Notes under the pieces: model-generated | Databases searched by the model: none | What the model saw: only the letters and a program-made list of their open reading frames with translations | Told to the model about the DNA's origin: nothing | Shown here: one piece after another, positions 1 to 13,002 of the stretch | How the letters are laid out: every line of letters starts with the position of its first letter | How positions within the stretch are numbered: the stretch's first letter is position 1 | Position numbers and translations under genes: made by a program | Source of the DNA: Stegostoma tigrinum | Taxonomy: Eukaryota | NCBI RefSeq assembly: GCF_030684315.1 | Contig: NC_081388.1 | Coordinates: forward strand, 22,427,015 to 22,491,014 | Reading direction: 5' to 3' | DNA length: 64,000 nt

Positions 1-51
1 AATGAGCTCAGAGGACCGAACACAGAATTCCTCTCCAGGGTTTTGACATGA

Positions 52-57
52 TTTATT
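52..57 (-). promoter_or_regulatory. Candidate polyadenylation signal (AATAAA) of the RALGPS-like gene
   Basis: TTTATT on + about 830 nt downstream of the stop codon at 889-891. Position evidence only. Confidence 0.35.
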
Positions 58-888
58 CAGCAATTATTTGCCGGGTTTGATATTGGAATGATCCATACCT
101 GAAGTCTCTGCCAGGCAGCAGCCTGCGTATCCTGTTTTCCATTCCTCCCCACTGGGTTTCAATGGACAGGAATATCAGGCGCTAGTAAAATACAGAGCAG
201 ACCCATCAACTAAAGCCCAATAGCCCAGAGACAGTGCACTGCGTAGACAGAGGGAATGCTGCTCGTTCTCCAGCAGACAGTCAGGAGGAGGAGTGCAAAC
301 ACACACGGATTTGGATAAAAGGTGCAGGTGACAAGGCAATGACAGTGATATCGGTCAGAGTAACAAACAGGAGTTGAATAATTTACTCTGGCAAAACTTC
401 AAACATTTCATTGGATGCCAGAAGGACCAGGAAGTGGTAAACAATCGTTGATTCAGAATTCCAGAGCCATTTCCACCAGTGGGCAAACGAGTCCGTGACT
501 TTACCCCAACCCCCACCTGAAAACGATGTGCAGTAAAGGTCCACACAAGATCATAAACAAAAGATTTGCCCCTCTGACAACATCCTTGTGACAATCTGAG
601 TGACTGGTGTTTGAAAGAATACCAAAGTCACTGATCACTATCTGCCCTGTGACCAGCAGAATCTGTAAACTGCTCATTTCTAGCACAGCAGCCACACTCT
701 GCTCCTGGGTTTAACAGGAGTCTCCAGAGCTGGTTCGAAACAACGAAAGGCGCCCAGAGGTTCCAAATCAGAGGCTGACACTGGCAGGAGTTTATATCAT
801 TTCAGTCACATCCCAAAGTCCAGAAGCTTGACCCGGCAGTCCGCTGGGGTTCCCAAAAACATTTTATAAATCTTCACAGCATCCTCAC

Positions 889-918
889 TCATTCGAAAGA
901 CATCAAATTCAGGGGAGG
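889..918 (-). CDS. RALGPS-like last coding exon (PPLNLMSFE*)
   Basis: Acceptor tgtttttgttgcAG, phase 0, TGA stop. Matches the RALGPS1 C-terminus VPANLMSFE. Confidence 0.9.
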   Translation of the reverse strand, partial: PPLNLMSFE

Positions 919-1339
919 CTGCAACAAAAACAACATTAGTGCAAAACAAAAATCGAGTTCGGAATCAGGCACCAGGTCAATGAGAGAAAGCAACCCGAAA
1001 GTGGAGGGGGAGGGGGCGCTGGGGGAGGAAGGAAGGATGGGGAGGGGGCGCTGGGGGAGGAAGGAGAGGCTGGGTTCATTCAGGATGTTACTCCATCAGC
1101 TACCTGAAGGTTGTAAATGCTGCTGCTTTCTAGATAAGAACTTGATCTGAAATTGGATGAATGTGAGGAAGCTCGACAGGGAGACTGCTGTATGACCCTG
1201 GGGTAATATTCCTTCCAGCTAGTATCCCGCTTCTAACAGATACCGGACCAACTACGGAGACAAACTGCAGTTACACAAGCCTCACCATAGCAACAGATGG
1301 AGCACCACACTGTTGCAGGGTCAGTCTTTATTAACATGA

Positions 1340-2440
1340 GATGCAGTTATCACTGGCTGGGCCAGCGTTTAATCTCTAGTTTCTCCTTGAGTGGCGGTGA
1401 GCTAACTCCTTGAGCCGCTGCAGTCCATGTCACATGGATACAACTGCAATTACTTGTTAGGGAAGAAATTCCAGGATTTTAACCCAATGACATTGAAGGA
1501 ACTGGGATATATTTCCAAGTCAGGACGGTGAGTGGCTTGGAGGAAACTTGAAAGGGGGCGGGGGGGGGGGGGGTGTGGGGGGGAGTGTTCCCATGTGTCT
1601 GCTGCCCTTGTCCTTCCAGATGGAAGTTGTTGCGAGTTTGGAAAGTGCTGCCTGAGGACATTTGGTAAATTTCTGCAGTGCACCTTGGAGATGGTACACA
1701 CTGCTGCTAATGAGCGTCGCGGGTGGATGGAGCAGATATTTCTGGATCTAATGCCAATCAAATGGGCTGCTTTATCCTGGATGATGATGAGCTTCTTGAG
1801 TGTTGTTGTGGTTGGACTTATCCAGGAAAATGGGGAGTATTCCATCATGCTCCTGACTTGTGCCTTGTAGATGAACAGACTCTGGGGAGTCATTAAACAA
1901 GTTAGTCGCTGCAGGATTCCTAGCTTCTGACCTGTTTATGTGGCGCGAATGTTACTTGCCACTGGTCAGCCCAAGCTTGGGTATTTTCGAAACCTTGCTG
2001 CATTTGAACACGGACTGCTTCAGTACCTGAGGAGTCGCGAATGGGCCCGAATGTTGTGCAATAAATGGAGAACATCCCCATTTCTGACCTTATGAGGGAG
2101 GGAAGGTCATTGATGAAGCAGCTGAAGATGGTTGGGCCGAGGACACTACCCTGAGGAACTCCTGCAGAGGTGTCCTGGAGTGAGACGACTGACCTCCCAC
2201 AGCCACGACCATCTTCATATGGGTCAGTTTGACTCCAACCACCGGAGCATTTGCTCCCTGTTACGCACTGATTCCAGGTTTGCTCGGGCTCCTTGATGCC
2301 ACACTCGGTCAAATGCAGTGTTGATATCAAGGGCTGTCACGCTTGCCTCACCCTGGATGCAAATATTTTGTCCATGTTTGAACCAAGGCTGTGATGAGGT
2401 CAGAAGCTGAGTGGCCCTGGGGGAACCCAAATGGAGAGTC
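1340..2440 (-). mobile_element. CR1-type LINE 3' fragment (degenerate RT C-terminus)
   Basis: Frameshifted RT peptides ALDINTAFDRVWHQG, GVPQGSVLGPTIFSCFINDLP, WADQWQVTFAP, YKAQVRSMMEY. Boundaries approximate. Confidence 0.85.
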
Positions 2441-2646
2441 AGCACAGAGAGAGCATCACACTGACAGAGGGTCAGCCATGACAGGTGGAGAGAGAAAAAA
2501 TTGACACTAATCTGATCAACTTTTCCCCTGTTAACGACTCGAGGTGCAGGAGTCCTCACTGCAGAGGACCTGACAAACCGAACGCTCCTTCAGAGAAACA
2601 CACACTTGCTTTCAAATCAATTTGTTCTTTATGGGGTAACGCTTAC

Positions 2647-2738
2647 CTGGTTCCTGTTTCTCTCACATGCCCTGCTGAGATGTTTGACCCACAGCATTGC
2701 ATTTAGTCTGCTTCCTGCGTGGAATCGATAGCAATGAC
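2647..2738 (-). CDS. RALGPS-like exon, PH domain end (GHCYRFHAGSRLNAMLWVKHLSRACERNRNQ)
   Basis: 92 bp, cttttttcAG / GTAAGC, phase 1 to 0. Compare RALGPS2 [31 protein letters not shown]. Confidence 0.93.
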
Positions 2739-3716
2739 CTGAAAAAAGACAGAGGGAGAAACGGCCAGACTAACACGTTGTCCTCACACAGACCGGGGAT
2801 CAGACAGCCCAGACCTCTCACAAACCAGGCTCACATACAACTTCAATCCTATGGCTCTCCATAAACCCAACCCATCCACTCTGGGGCCATCAGTCCTGTC
2901 CAAGGAATAGGGCACAAGAGAGCTCTCTTGGTAAAGGAGGTGCACAAGTGACGAAAATAATTGGGAAGCTAACCATGTTCCTTTGGGGTGCATGAGGGAA
3001 ATGGTGCGGTATGAAAAGGTGCTCATTAACTGTTTTCCCCCTCAGGAATTACCCAGGTCCTGGGAAACACCAAAAGGCACATTAAGTTAACGGTGTTGTG
3101 AGGAATTGTAAAGAACATTGTTTAAAAAAGCCGTCTCTCAAAACCCATTCAATATTACCAGTTCCTGCAATGTTCTGTAGTCTGCCTGACCTTTCCTGCA
3201 TTGCTCCTGCTCTCAGTCCTCCTTCCCCATCATCTCCATCACCCCCTCCACTCCCTCCCACCTCTGGTATGGCCCGTCCTCACCTCCTCCACCCCCAATC
3301 CCCCACACAGCTTGACCACACCTCCGTCTCCCTATTCTCCTTTTAGCCACTGCCACTACCAACCCCTTTGCTGACACCCCCTAGTCCCATCCGCCCCACA
3401 CAAACCCCTCCACCGACACCCCCAGGACCCCCTCCCCAGGGTCTATGGTGTCTCTCCCCTGATCTCACACTGTAGCTCTGGGCTCCCTCTGGTGGTGGCA
3501 GCTTGTTGTTGCAGGGTGTCCTGGAACTTCAGCAACTTGCTGCAATGCCTCAACTCTGCCATTAGATGGAGCCTGTACAACCTAATGGGACTGCACAGGC
3601 AAATATATTCCTTACAGAGATAATGGGAACTGCAGATGCTGGAGAATTCCAAGATAACAAAATGTGAGGCTGGATGAACACAGCAGGCCAAGCAGCATCT
3701 CAGGAGCACAAAAGCT

Positions 3717-3744
3717 GACGTTTCGGGCCTAGACCCTTCATCAG
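3717..3744 (-). ncRNA. Minimal type I hammerhead ribozyme core in Penelope pLTR
   Basis: Minus strand reads CTGATGA-AGGGTCTAGGCCC-GAAACGTC: CUGANGA, stem II GGG/CCC, GAAA, palindromic ACGU helix III, GUC site. Confidence 0.7.
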
Positions 3745-5580
3745 AGAGGGGGATGGGGAGAGGGAACTGGAATAAATAGGAAGAGAGGGGGAGGCGGACC
3801 GAAGATGGAGAGTAAAGAAGATAGGTGGAGAGAGTATAGGTGGGGAGATAGGGAGGGGATAGGTCAGTCCAGGGAAGACGGACAGGTCAAGGAGGTGGGA
3901 TGAGGTTAGTAGGTAGATGGGGGTGCGGCTTGGGGTGGGAGGAAGGGATGGGTGAGAGGAAGAACCGGTTAGGGAGGCAGAGACAGGTTGGACTAGTTTT
4001 GGGATGCAGTGGGTGGGGGGGAAGAGCTGGGCTGGTTGTGTGGTGCAGTGGGGGGAGGGGACGAACTGGGCTGGTTTAGGGATGCAGTTGGGGAAGGGGA
4101 GATTTTGAAACTGGTGAAGTCCACATTGATACCATTAGGCTGCAGGGTTCCCAGGCGGAATATGAGTTGCTGTTCGTGCAACCTTTGGGTGGCATCATTG
4201 TAGCAGTGCAGGAGGCCCATGATGGACATGTCATCTAAAGAATGGGAGGGGGAGTGGAAATGGTTTGCGACTGGGAGGTGCAGTTGTTTGTTGCGAACTG
4301 AGCGGAGGTGTTCTGCAAAGCAGTCCCCAAGCCTCCGCTTGGTTTCCCCAATGTAGAGGAAGCCGCACCGGGTACAGTGGATACAGTATACCACCCTCCT
4401 GCAAAAATTCCATCCCCTATTCCCAATTCCTCCGCCTCCGCCGCATCTGCTCCCACGATAAGACATTCCACTCCCGCACATCCCAGATGTCCAAGTTCTT
4501 TAAGGACTGCAACTATCCCCCCACAGTGATCGAGAACGCCCTTGACCGCGTCTCCCGTATTTCCCGCAACACATCCCTCACACCCCGCCCCCACCACAAC
4601 CGCCCCAAGAGGATCCCCTTCGTTCTCACACACCACCCCACCAAACTCCGGATACAACGCATCATCCTCCGACACTTCCGCCATTTACAATCCGACCCCA
4701 CCACCCAAGACATTTTTCCATCCCCACCCCTGTCTGCTTTCCGGAGAGACCACTCTCTCCGTGACTCCCTTGTTCGCTCCACACTGCCCTCCAACCCCAC
4801 CACACCCGGCACCTCCCCCTGCAACCACAGGAAATGCTACACTTGTCCCCGCACCTCCTCCCTCACCCCTATCCCAGGCCCCAAGATGACATTCCACATT
4901 AAGCAGAGGTTCACCTGCGCATCTGCCAATGTGGCATACTGCATCCACTGTACCCGGTGCGGCTTCCTCTACATTGGGGAAACCAAGCGGAGGCTTGGGG
5001 ACCGCTTTGCAGAACACCTCCGCTCAGTTCGCAACAAACAACTGCACCTCCCAGTCGCAAACCATTTCTACTCCCCCTCCCATTCTCTAGATGACATGTC
5101 CATCATGGGCCTCCTGCACTGCCACAATGATGCCACCCAAAGGTTGCAGGAACAGCAACTCATATTCCGCCTGGGAACCCTGCAGCCCAATGGTATCAAT
5201 GTGGACTTCACCAGCTTCAAAATCTCCCCTTCCCCAACTGCATCCCTAAACCAGCCCAGTTCGTCCCCTCCCCCCACTGCACCACACAACCAGCCCAGCT
5301 CTTCCCCCCCACCCACTGCATCCCAAAACCAGTCCAACCTGTCTCTGCCTCCCTAACCGGTTCTTCCTCTCACCCATCCCTTCCTCCCACCCCAAGCCGC
5401 ACCCCCATCTACCTACTAACCTCATCCGACCTCCTTGACTTGTCCGTCTTCCCTGGACTGACCTATCCCCTCCCTACCTCCACACCTATACTCTCTCCAC
5501 CTGTCTTCTTTTCTCTCCATCTTCGGTCAGCCTCCCCCTCTCTCCCTATTTATTCCAGTTCCCTCTCCCCATCCCCCTCT

Positions 5581-5608
5581 CTGATGAAGGGTCTAGGCCC
5601 GAAACGTC
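5581..5608 (+). ncRNA. Minimal type I hammerhead ribozyme core in Penelope pLTR
   Basis: CTGATGA AGGGTCTAGGCCC GAAACGTC. Confidence 0.7.
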
Positions 5609-6030
5609 AGCTTTTGTGCTCCTGAGGTGCTGCTTGGCCTGCTGTGTTCATCCAGCCTCACATTTTATTATCTTATATTCCTTACAGTATTGGACTGTAT
5701 ATTTCTGTTAGTTATCAATAGTGCTAAATCTGAGTTATTCCACCCAGGAATGCTCAGTGTTGTAGGAGAGGTTTTCCCAATTTTATTTTGCTTTTTTCCG
5801 GTAGAGAAACTTCTGCATTGACCCTACTCCGGCTTTAATATTGATTCCCATTGCATTCAATTATTCACTTAAAACTGAGATTGTGATCATAAATGCGAAC
5901 AATTTCTTTAATCAACCCCATTGAGAGAAATAGTCCCTCGATACTTGGCAAACAGAATTCTCTTTTACACCTTCCCAGGTTTGGTAACTACAAAGGCAGG
6001 TCCGGAGTGGTAAGGACAGTATAAACTCAC

Positions 6031-6133
6031 CGTGTTCAGAGTCGGAGAGTTGGAAAACGTCGACATCTGGATCATCCATCAGAAAAGGCACCCAACCAAC
6101 AACAGACACTCTCTTACACCAACTCGACTTAAA
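6031..6133 (-). CDS. RALGPS-like exon, PH domain (FKSSWCKRVSVVGWVPFLMDDPDVDVFQLSDSEH)
   Basis: 103 bp, AG / GTGAGT, phase 0 to 1. Lies within ORF 5912..6154. Confidence 0.93.
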
Positions 6134-6844
6134 CTGCTCAAAAACAAACTCCACAAATCATTATCTTCAACAGCCATGAGCTATTTAGCCCAAAAGGAGG
6201 GGGGGACACGGGGAGCACAGTTTCGCCAGAATACCCAGCACTGAAAGGGTTAAGCAACCAGGTCACGTTGACTCCTATCCCCCTCGAGTTTACAAGGTCG
6301 AGGGGGTGACCCGATGTTTGATTTAAAGCATCAGGACAGTAAAAGATGTTCCTGCTATTGGACCTCAGCGGGGAACACTTTCCCCACACTGAGGGGAGTG
6401 ACAGAGAATATGGAATTCCCTCCCGAACAGCTTCAGGATTGTGGGAGTTACTGGGATTCGTGATGCTAAGGCCAGCAGGCAAGAGCATCAGGAATAAATG
6501 TGATGGGTGGAGTCAGTCCTGGGTCGATGAAGGGTTCAAGATGGAGGCGGATGTAGGGTCTCCCCTTGGGCTGGGGAGTTGGGGGGGGGGGGTGGTTTGG
6601 GCCCGTGATTTCTGGCACTGGATCAAAGTGCATGGTGGGCTAGGCTTGAGGGGCTGAATGGTTTTACATGTCACATGATGGTGACTTGCAGGAGAGGCCG
6701 AAGGAACCTCATGGCCCAATAATTCAACACGTATTTGGTCAGGAGGGAGAGAGGGCCGTGACGTGATGGAATTGTCAATGGACCAGTGTTCCTGAAGCTC
6801 ATGCTAATGTTCATGGCTCACGGGTTCAAAATCGCACCACAGCA

Positions 6845-7645
6845 GAGAGTCAAAACATTGTTCAGTCCAACGTGTCCATGCCAAGCAGATATCCTAGATA
6901 AATCTGGACCCATTTGCCAGTATTTGGCCCATATCCCTCTAAACCCTTCCTATTCATGTACCCATCCAGATGCCTATTAAATACTGTAACTGTACCAGCC
7001 TCCACCACTTCCTCTGGCAGCTCATTCCATACACGCACCACCCTCCGTGAGAAGAAGTTGCTTGTTGGGTCCCTTTTTAAAATCTTTCCTCTCTCAGCTG
7101 AAATCTATGCCCTCGAACTTTGGACTCCCCCCACTCTGGGATAAGGACGTTGTCTATTAACGCTGTCCATGCCCTTCATGAAGTTTATAAACATGGCCCT
7201 CCCAACACCTATACCCAATGCACTGACCAATACAGGCCAGCATACCAAACACCTTCTCCACTATCCTGTCTACCTGGTACTCCACTTTCAAGGAACTATG
7301 AACCTGCACTTTGTGCTCTCTTTGTTCAGCAACACCGTCCAGGACCTGACCATTAAGTGTCTGAGTCCTGCCCTGACTTGCCTTACCAAAATGCTGCACC
7401 TCACACTTATCTGAATTAAACTCCATCCGCCAGTCCTCAGCCCATTGGCCCATTTGATCGAGGTCCTGTTGTACTCTGAGATAACCTCCTTCGCTGTCCA
7501 CTCCACCTCCAATTTTAGCGTCATTTGCAAACTTACTAACCATGCTGTATATGTTCACATCCAAATCATTGACATAAACGACAAAGCGCAATGGGCCCAG
7601 GCCGTGCTGATCACTGAGGGACACTGCTGGTTACAGGCCTCCAGG
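6845..7645 (-). mobile_element. CR1-type LINE 3' fragment (second family)
   Basis: LGPLRFVVYVNDLD...VSKFANDAKIGG...WAEDWRMEFNSDKCEV in ORF 7157..7624, followed by a 3' tail also seen at 40560-40840. Confidence 0.85.
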
Positions 7646-7942
7646 CCAATGGTGAAACTTGAATTCAACAGAAGAATCAGGAATTAAAAGCTGGTTTAAT
7701 GGTTGCCATGTAACCAATGTCAATTGTGGTTAAAAGCCCATCTGGTTCACTAATGTCCTTTAAAGGGGTGCATTCTTTACCACTCTACACGTGTCTCAGA
7801 GCCACACCAATGAGGCTGACTCTGAAATGGCCCAGTGATGTTCAGAAAAGGAGGAGCAAATACCAGGCCAGCCAGTGACAACCACATACCGTGGTCAAAT
7901 AAATCAACCTCTTTCCAGACACTGTCTTTATACAGTACTGAC

Positions 7943-8035
7943 CTGGTTCCTTTCAGCAGATGTCACTGACTTGGCTCCATAATAAAACAGCTGGCTTTCA
8001 CGAAGTACAACCCAATAGGCCGTCCACAGGGAGAC
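7943..8035 (-). CDS. RALGPS-like exon, PH domain (VSLWTAYWVVLRESQLFYYGAKSVTSAERNQ)
   Basis: 93 bp, tctgtccccAG / GTCAGT, phase 0 to 0. Compare [31 protein letters not shown]. Confidence 0.93.
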
Positions 8036-9322
8036 CTGGGGACAGACAGACAGCACACAGTCTCCAGTTTAAGCATTTCTTCCCCACCATCATGGGCCAT
8101 TCAGCTTCACAATCTCACTGGGTCCTGACACACACTGACCGCTCCTTGCTAATGAGCGAGAGGGTGGTACTGCAGTTCCTTGGTTCAGGGTTGTACTGAG
8201 AGGGTGCACGGACACATTACGGGGTGGGGTGTGTGTGCGTGTGTGCGTATCGGAGCTGTGGGTGGAGGGCATGGCTACCCACAGAGGTTTGACCCACCAG
8301 TTTCCCACTGATGTCACTCGTCCCTTGACTCCAAGTACCTTTCCTTCCTGTGTGTAACTACACTGCAAGCTATTGAACTACAGGGGCATCGTCAAGTCCA
8401 GGTTGACCAGGTGGGAGCAGGGGCAGGAGCTATGGTCCTTGCTCCCTGCACAGATTCTCAGGAGGTTAGCCTGTCTGATCAACTGACCCTGAATGAGCTG
8501 TGGGCACAGCAGCTTCCTAATGTTCACTTACTCTACACCCAAGGAGCCACCTAACTCCATCAGCAGCACACACCCCACCCCCCCGCAACCACAAACACTT
8601 AGTCTGGAAACAGAAACACTGAATAGAAGGGGCTAAATTAGGAATATTGCTTTAGAGTTCTCTGTGCTCTGGATCATTGCCCATTGAAACCTTACCCCAG
8701 GACCTTCAGGACAACATGAGGCTGATCTCCAACTATAGCACCGAGGGTGGGGTTATACTACCTGCCCTCTGGGGAATCGTATCACCACGGCCCAAGGAAG
8801 TACCAGCAAGCTCACGCAAGGTTTCTAGGCAACATCTTCCCTGCTCTCCCCTGACAACTCCCCCAGCCGGTCACTCAGGTCTGGTCATTGCCACCTTACT
8901 GGTTCCGGGAGCTTGCTGTGCACAGATTGACATCAGCACTTCCTTCAGCTGTGGTCACACATCCACAGCCACCTCACTGGCAGTGAAATGCGGGGGGAGG
9001 GGGCACCTTGACATGGTGACAGGCACTACAGAAATGCAGTTCTTGTGGCTGTTTCCTTATGATGGTAGAGTTAGGTTAGCTGGAGGGTGCAATGTTTAGC
9101 GTGTGGTAGATGGTCATCCTGATAAAGGTATTTCAATCCCAGCACAAAAATAACATTACAAGAACATTATCCAACAGAAGCTGGGAGCTACCAAGAATCG
9201 AACACTGATTAGTACCAATGGCTCTGTTACAGAATTTATAACCAACTGACACGGTTTCAGTTAACATCAGGAAACAAGGTCAGAAACCAAGCAGAACATA
9301 AATATCTCATTGCTCCCCTTAC

Positions 9323-9410
9323 CGTTGGCTTCCTGCTGCCTTTCAGGACAGTTTTCCTTCTCAGCACACTTTCCATAGCTGTTGCCTCTCCATCAGGATG
9401 CAGCGTGGCT
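9323..9410 (-). CDS. RALGPS-like exon, PH domain start (ATLHPDGEATAMESVLRRKTVLKGSRKPT)
   Basis: Donor GTAAGG at 9322. The acceptor giving start 9410 has the better pyrimidine tract; an in-frame alternative starts at 9446. Phase 2 to 0. Confidence 0.85.
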
Positions 9411-10363
9411 CTAGGTTGAGTAAAGTTGGGATCAATTTTTCCAATACTGAGAATTCCACAACCCCTCATCACTCTCCGTGTTCAAACACTCCATTAGTTA
9501 CTGTTTGTGTGATGAGGGAGCTCCTCCATTTCTGGCCCCCCCCGTTACGGACGTGGGGATAGAAAGGGAACTGAGGATTCCCTCCCAGCTCTTTTTCCAA
9601 GACCAGGATACAATCCCACAGCTGTGCCAGTGTCCCATGCCTTGCCCTGATGGGAGGGTATGCAAGTCTCACTGTGCTCAGTCACAGGAGACGAGGCTCC
9701 AGTTTCCTCCCAAAGACGTGCAGTGTTAGTGGGATTGGTCATGGGAAATGTGGGCTCACCCAAATTGGAAGGGATGCTCTTTGGAGAGTCAGTGCAGACC
9801 TGATGGGATGAATGACCTCTTCTATGATTCAACCCCACCTGTATATACAAACACTTCCTAACAAGGATCACCAGACAGTGAGATAACACAGTGTGGGGTT
9901 GGATGAACACAGCAGGAAGGCTGACTTTTCTCCAACACTGGCCATTCCTACGATCTCTGTAATAATCTTAATCTCACCAGACAACGATATTTGTTTCTAA
10001 ACCCCTTCCTCTCCCAGATATTACAGAACATGATGGTAATGTTTTTGTCACTATTCCAGCGAATTGCTAACAGGCTATTCAACCACGAGAGGCTTCACCT
10101 GTCAGCCTCATGCCCCACCCCGACTCCGTCCTATATCTGACACCTACACCCCCTGTTCTGAGCAGCTGGAGGACAGTCTGAGCTGGGACACACACAGGAG
10201 CTCTCAGCGTCACCCGGGTGCTGCAATAGGAGAGTGGGACACCAGAATGCCCTATGCTACCCCGGGGTGGGCACCGAGTAACCGACGGTGCTGGTGTTCA
10301 CCATCTGACAGTGCGGGGTGTGGCGGGCGCTGACTGTCTGATGGCGTGGGATGGTGTACATAC

Positions 10364-10435
10364 CCGCTCGGGCTCCTCACAGCGCTCCACACTGACCTCG
10401 TCACACGGCCCAGGGAGCAGGAGAACCCACTGTTG
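10364..10435 (-). CDS. RALGPS-like linker exon (NSGFSCSLGRVTRSVWSAVRSPS)
   Basis: 72 bp, symmetric phase 2 to 2, tttacttccacAG / GTATGT. Compare RALGPS2 NRLYHSLGPVTRV. Confidence 0.8.
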
Positions 10436-11751
10436 CTGTGGAAGTAAAGTAAAACAGGATCCCAATTAACACCCGTGCAGTGGGGATGGGAGTCACAGTA
10501 AGAGGAGGAGGCCATTCAACCCCTCCAGCCTGTTCTGACTTTTCAATAACATTGTCAGTTATTTGCAGCCAGTGACTGTGGCTCCATGAACCCTACAGCT
10601 GCACAGAGAGTAGAACACGAGCATTTAAAAACTTCTAAATGATTGATTTAGCGTTGATTTCCTTTCTTAAAAAAAAGGTCACCTGACCTGAAACGGTAAC
10701 TGTTTCTCCCCCTCACAGATGCTACCAGACCTGCTGAGCTTCTCCAGCAACTTCGGTTTTTGTTCCCGATTTCCTTTCTGTCTGACTGTTTCCTCACTTT
10801 TGCTCCCATCAGCCCATTTTTGATTAGCCTCCCCCTTATCCTAACCCTTCACCAGTGGAGAAATCTTTTGATTTACCCTGTCAATTCTTTCCAAAATCCT
10901 AACAGACTCTCAGTCAATCCTGAGATGGTTCAGGGGTGGTCTGAGCTGGGTGTAGGTCACTGAAGGTGGCAGGATGGGGTCAAGGAGGACAGCAGTAAGT
11001 CTGAAGTGTTTCGGGTCCTTGGTTCATGAGAAGCACAGAGAGTACAAGAGCAGGGAGGTGACGTTGACCTTGTACAAGGCATGTTAGATCTCAGCTGGGG
11101 TATTATGTACATGATGCCCAGAAAGGATGCAAAACCATGGGAGTGAGAGAGAGCGCGCGCATGAACGGACAGGAGAGAGTTCCAGGGACGAGAAACTTCA
11201 GCGACGGGGTTAGAGAAGTCATGACAATTGTCCTGGGACAGAAGGTGGTTGATCAGAAATGTTACAGAGATTTTCAAAAGCACGAGTGCGCTGGATAGAG
11301 CAGCTAGGAAGACACTGGACCCACTCTTGTAAAGATTGAGAACGAGAGATTTTAGAAAATGATGTGACTAAAAAAAGACCTTGCCACTCAGCAAGAGGAT
11401 TGGTTCTAGAACGTGTAGCCCAAGGCAGGTTCGATTGAGGTACTCAGAGGGGAATTAGGTGGTTATTTGTATAACAACAGGTTTAGAGGGAGGGAGCAGG
11501 AAGATGGCACTACATAAGATACTTATTCGGAGAGTTGGCACAGACCAGATCGGCAGACCGACCTCATTCTGCATCATAAAACAGCCAGCTGTGAAATGAC
11601 CCCCTCAGCTCCTGCACAATTGGCATTGTGAATACAGTTTATGTTAATCTCATAATGCACGGGGGGGGGGGTCAGAGCAGGAGTCCAAATATTCACTTCG
11701 CTCTGCTTAAAAGAGAGTTTCAACCAGCTCTAAGTTGTCTTTCCATCTCAC

Positions 11752-11809
11752 CGTTCAAAAGATGAACAAGGTTTTCTCTCTCCAACATCAGAGCTTTCTT
11801 CCTGGGAGG
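11752..11809 (-). CDS. RALGPS-like linker exon (ASQEESSDVGERKPCSSFER)
   Basis: 58 bp, tttcttgttcacAG / GTGAGA, phase 1 to 2 as its neighbours require. Compare GSSDGSELSEETSWPAFER. Confidence 0.8.
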
Positions 11810-12399
11810 CTGTGAACAAGAAACTAAAATGAATTGGTGATCCCCTCACACTACCCGGAACCCGGGCACAGGTTGGGTAGGTTCAGCAAGGGCTGGGGCA
11901 GGGAAGAGACAGTAAAACTGTAAGAGCATGTGAGATGTAAGTGCTCTGTTGCTGTGGGGGTGACAAATAGCAATGGACCTTTGTGACGGACACAGAACAC
12001 CACTGAAGGCACTGGCCCTATTCCACAAGGTGGTGGGTGAGATTGTGCACAGCAAGCTCCAACAAGCAGCAATGTGATAATGTCCAAGATCGGCTGAAAG
12101 TGATGATGGCCAATAACCAAACAAAAATTTTTTAAAAACCACCCAACTGACCCCCACCCCGCATCAGGAGGTTACAAAAACAAGTTCCGAAGCCTGCAGC
12201 TCATTAGCTGAATGGAGCCCCTCCCTGCCGCTGGTGCAGCTCGGCGAGGTCAGGGTGGGGGGGGGGGGGGGTGGGGGGGGGTGGAGGGGGGAGGATCAGG
12301 GGTACGATCCTTCGGGTGAGACTTTTAAAACCCCCCCAAGGCCACGGTCCCTGGCCCAACAGGATCAGGAGAGGAGAGGTCACCGTAGGGTCCTGCGTA

Positions 12400-12540
12400 A
12401 CATTTAGTTGTGAAACCAACGTCATTTGAGTAGGTTCTCTACTTGGGATCTTGCTGTGCGCACACTGGCTGCTGGCTTCCATACCTACAACAGGGCCTGA
12501 ACCTCATCGGCTGTGAAATGCTGTGGGACGTTGAGAGTTT
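12400..12540 (+). mobile_element. Deu-domain SINE remnant (representative copy; others near 8900, 12050, 22690, 50485, 58790, 61310)
   Basis: Recurrent core TGGGATCTTGCTGTGC...TGGCTGC...CCTACA..ACAG resembling the DeuSINE (SacSINE1/AmnSINE1) domain; recognised from memory. Confidence 0.55.
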
Positions 12541-13002
12541 GTTCAGGTCTAAACAGGATTTCCTAAACTCACCCCCCACTGCCCCCCTCCGCCCCGGCGT
12601 GACCCCATCTCAACATCACAGACCTAGAGACCCAAGAACCTCAGAAGTGTTCTGCTGAGCATGTCGCAAGGTCTTCAAACCCCCGGGACTCTTAAAATAA
12701 ATCTCTTCACAGCCTCAGATCCACCCAACAAGCTGCACACCTACCACCAGAGCAAAACCAGTGAGCAGGGGGAAGGCCACACAGTGTTGGCGCTGTGTCA
12801 GGGCTCCACAGCAGAAGCTCTCAAATTTCCATGCCCACCACCATAGCGTCCCCACCTCCCACAACTGGGGGTCTCCAATAACACCCTCTCTTCGGGAAAC
12901 CCCAGGCATCAGAAAGAAGCCGAGGTCTGGTTGGGTGGTAAATGGTGCCATGTGTGCCAGTGGGTGGTGTTTGACCTGGACAGCACTCGTGGGCGGACTC
13001 AC

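Larger units (their letters stand above)
3618..5673 (+). mobile_element. Penelope-like element, 5'-truncated, with an inverted copy of its 3' end and a 14-bp target-site duplication
   Basis: GIY-YIG endonuclease (YCIHCTRCGFLYIGETKRRLGDRFAEH) in ORF 4265..5356. 3618-4390 is the reverse complement of the 3' part. TATATTCCTTACAG occurs at 3604-3617 and 5674-5687. Confidence 0.92.

Noticed and set aside
12573-12623. Minus-strand 51-nt exon candidate (AG...GTGAGT)
   Set aside because: It has an in-frame TGA in the required phase 1. Exon 11752-11809 fits both phase and homology.
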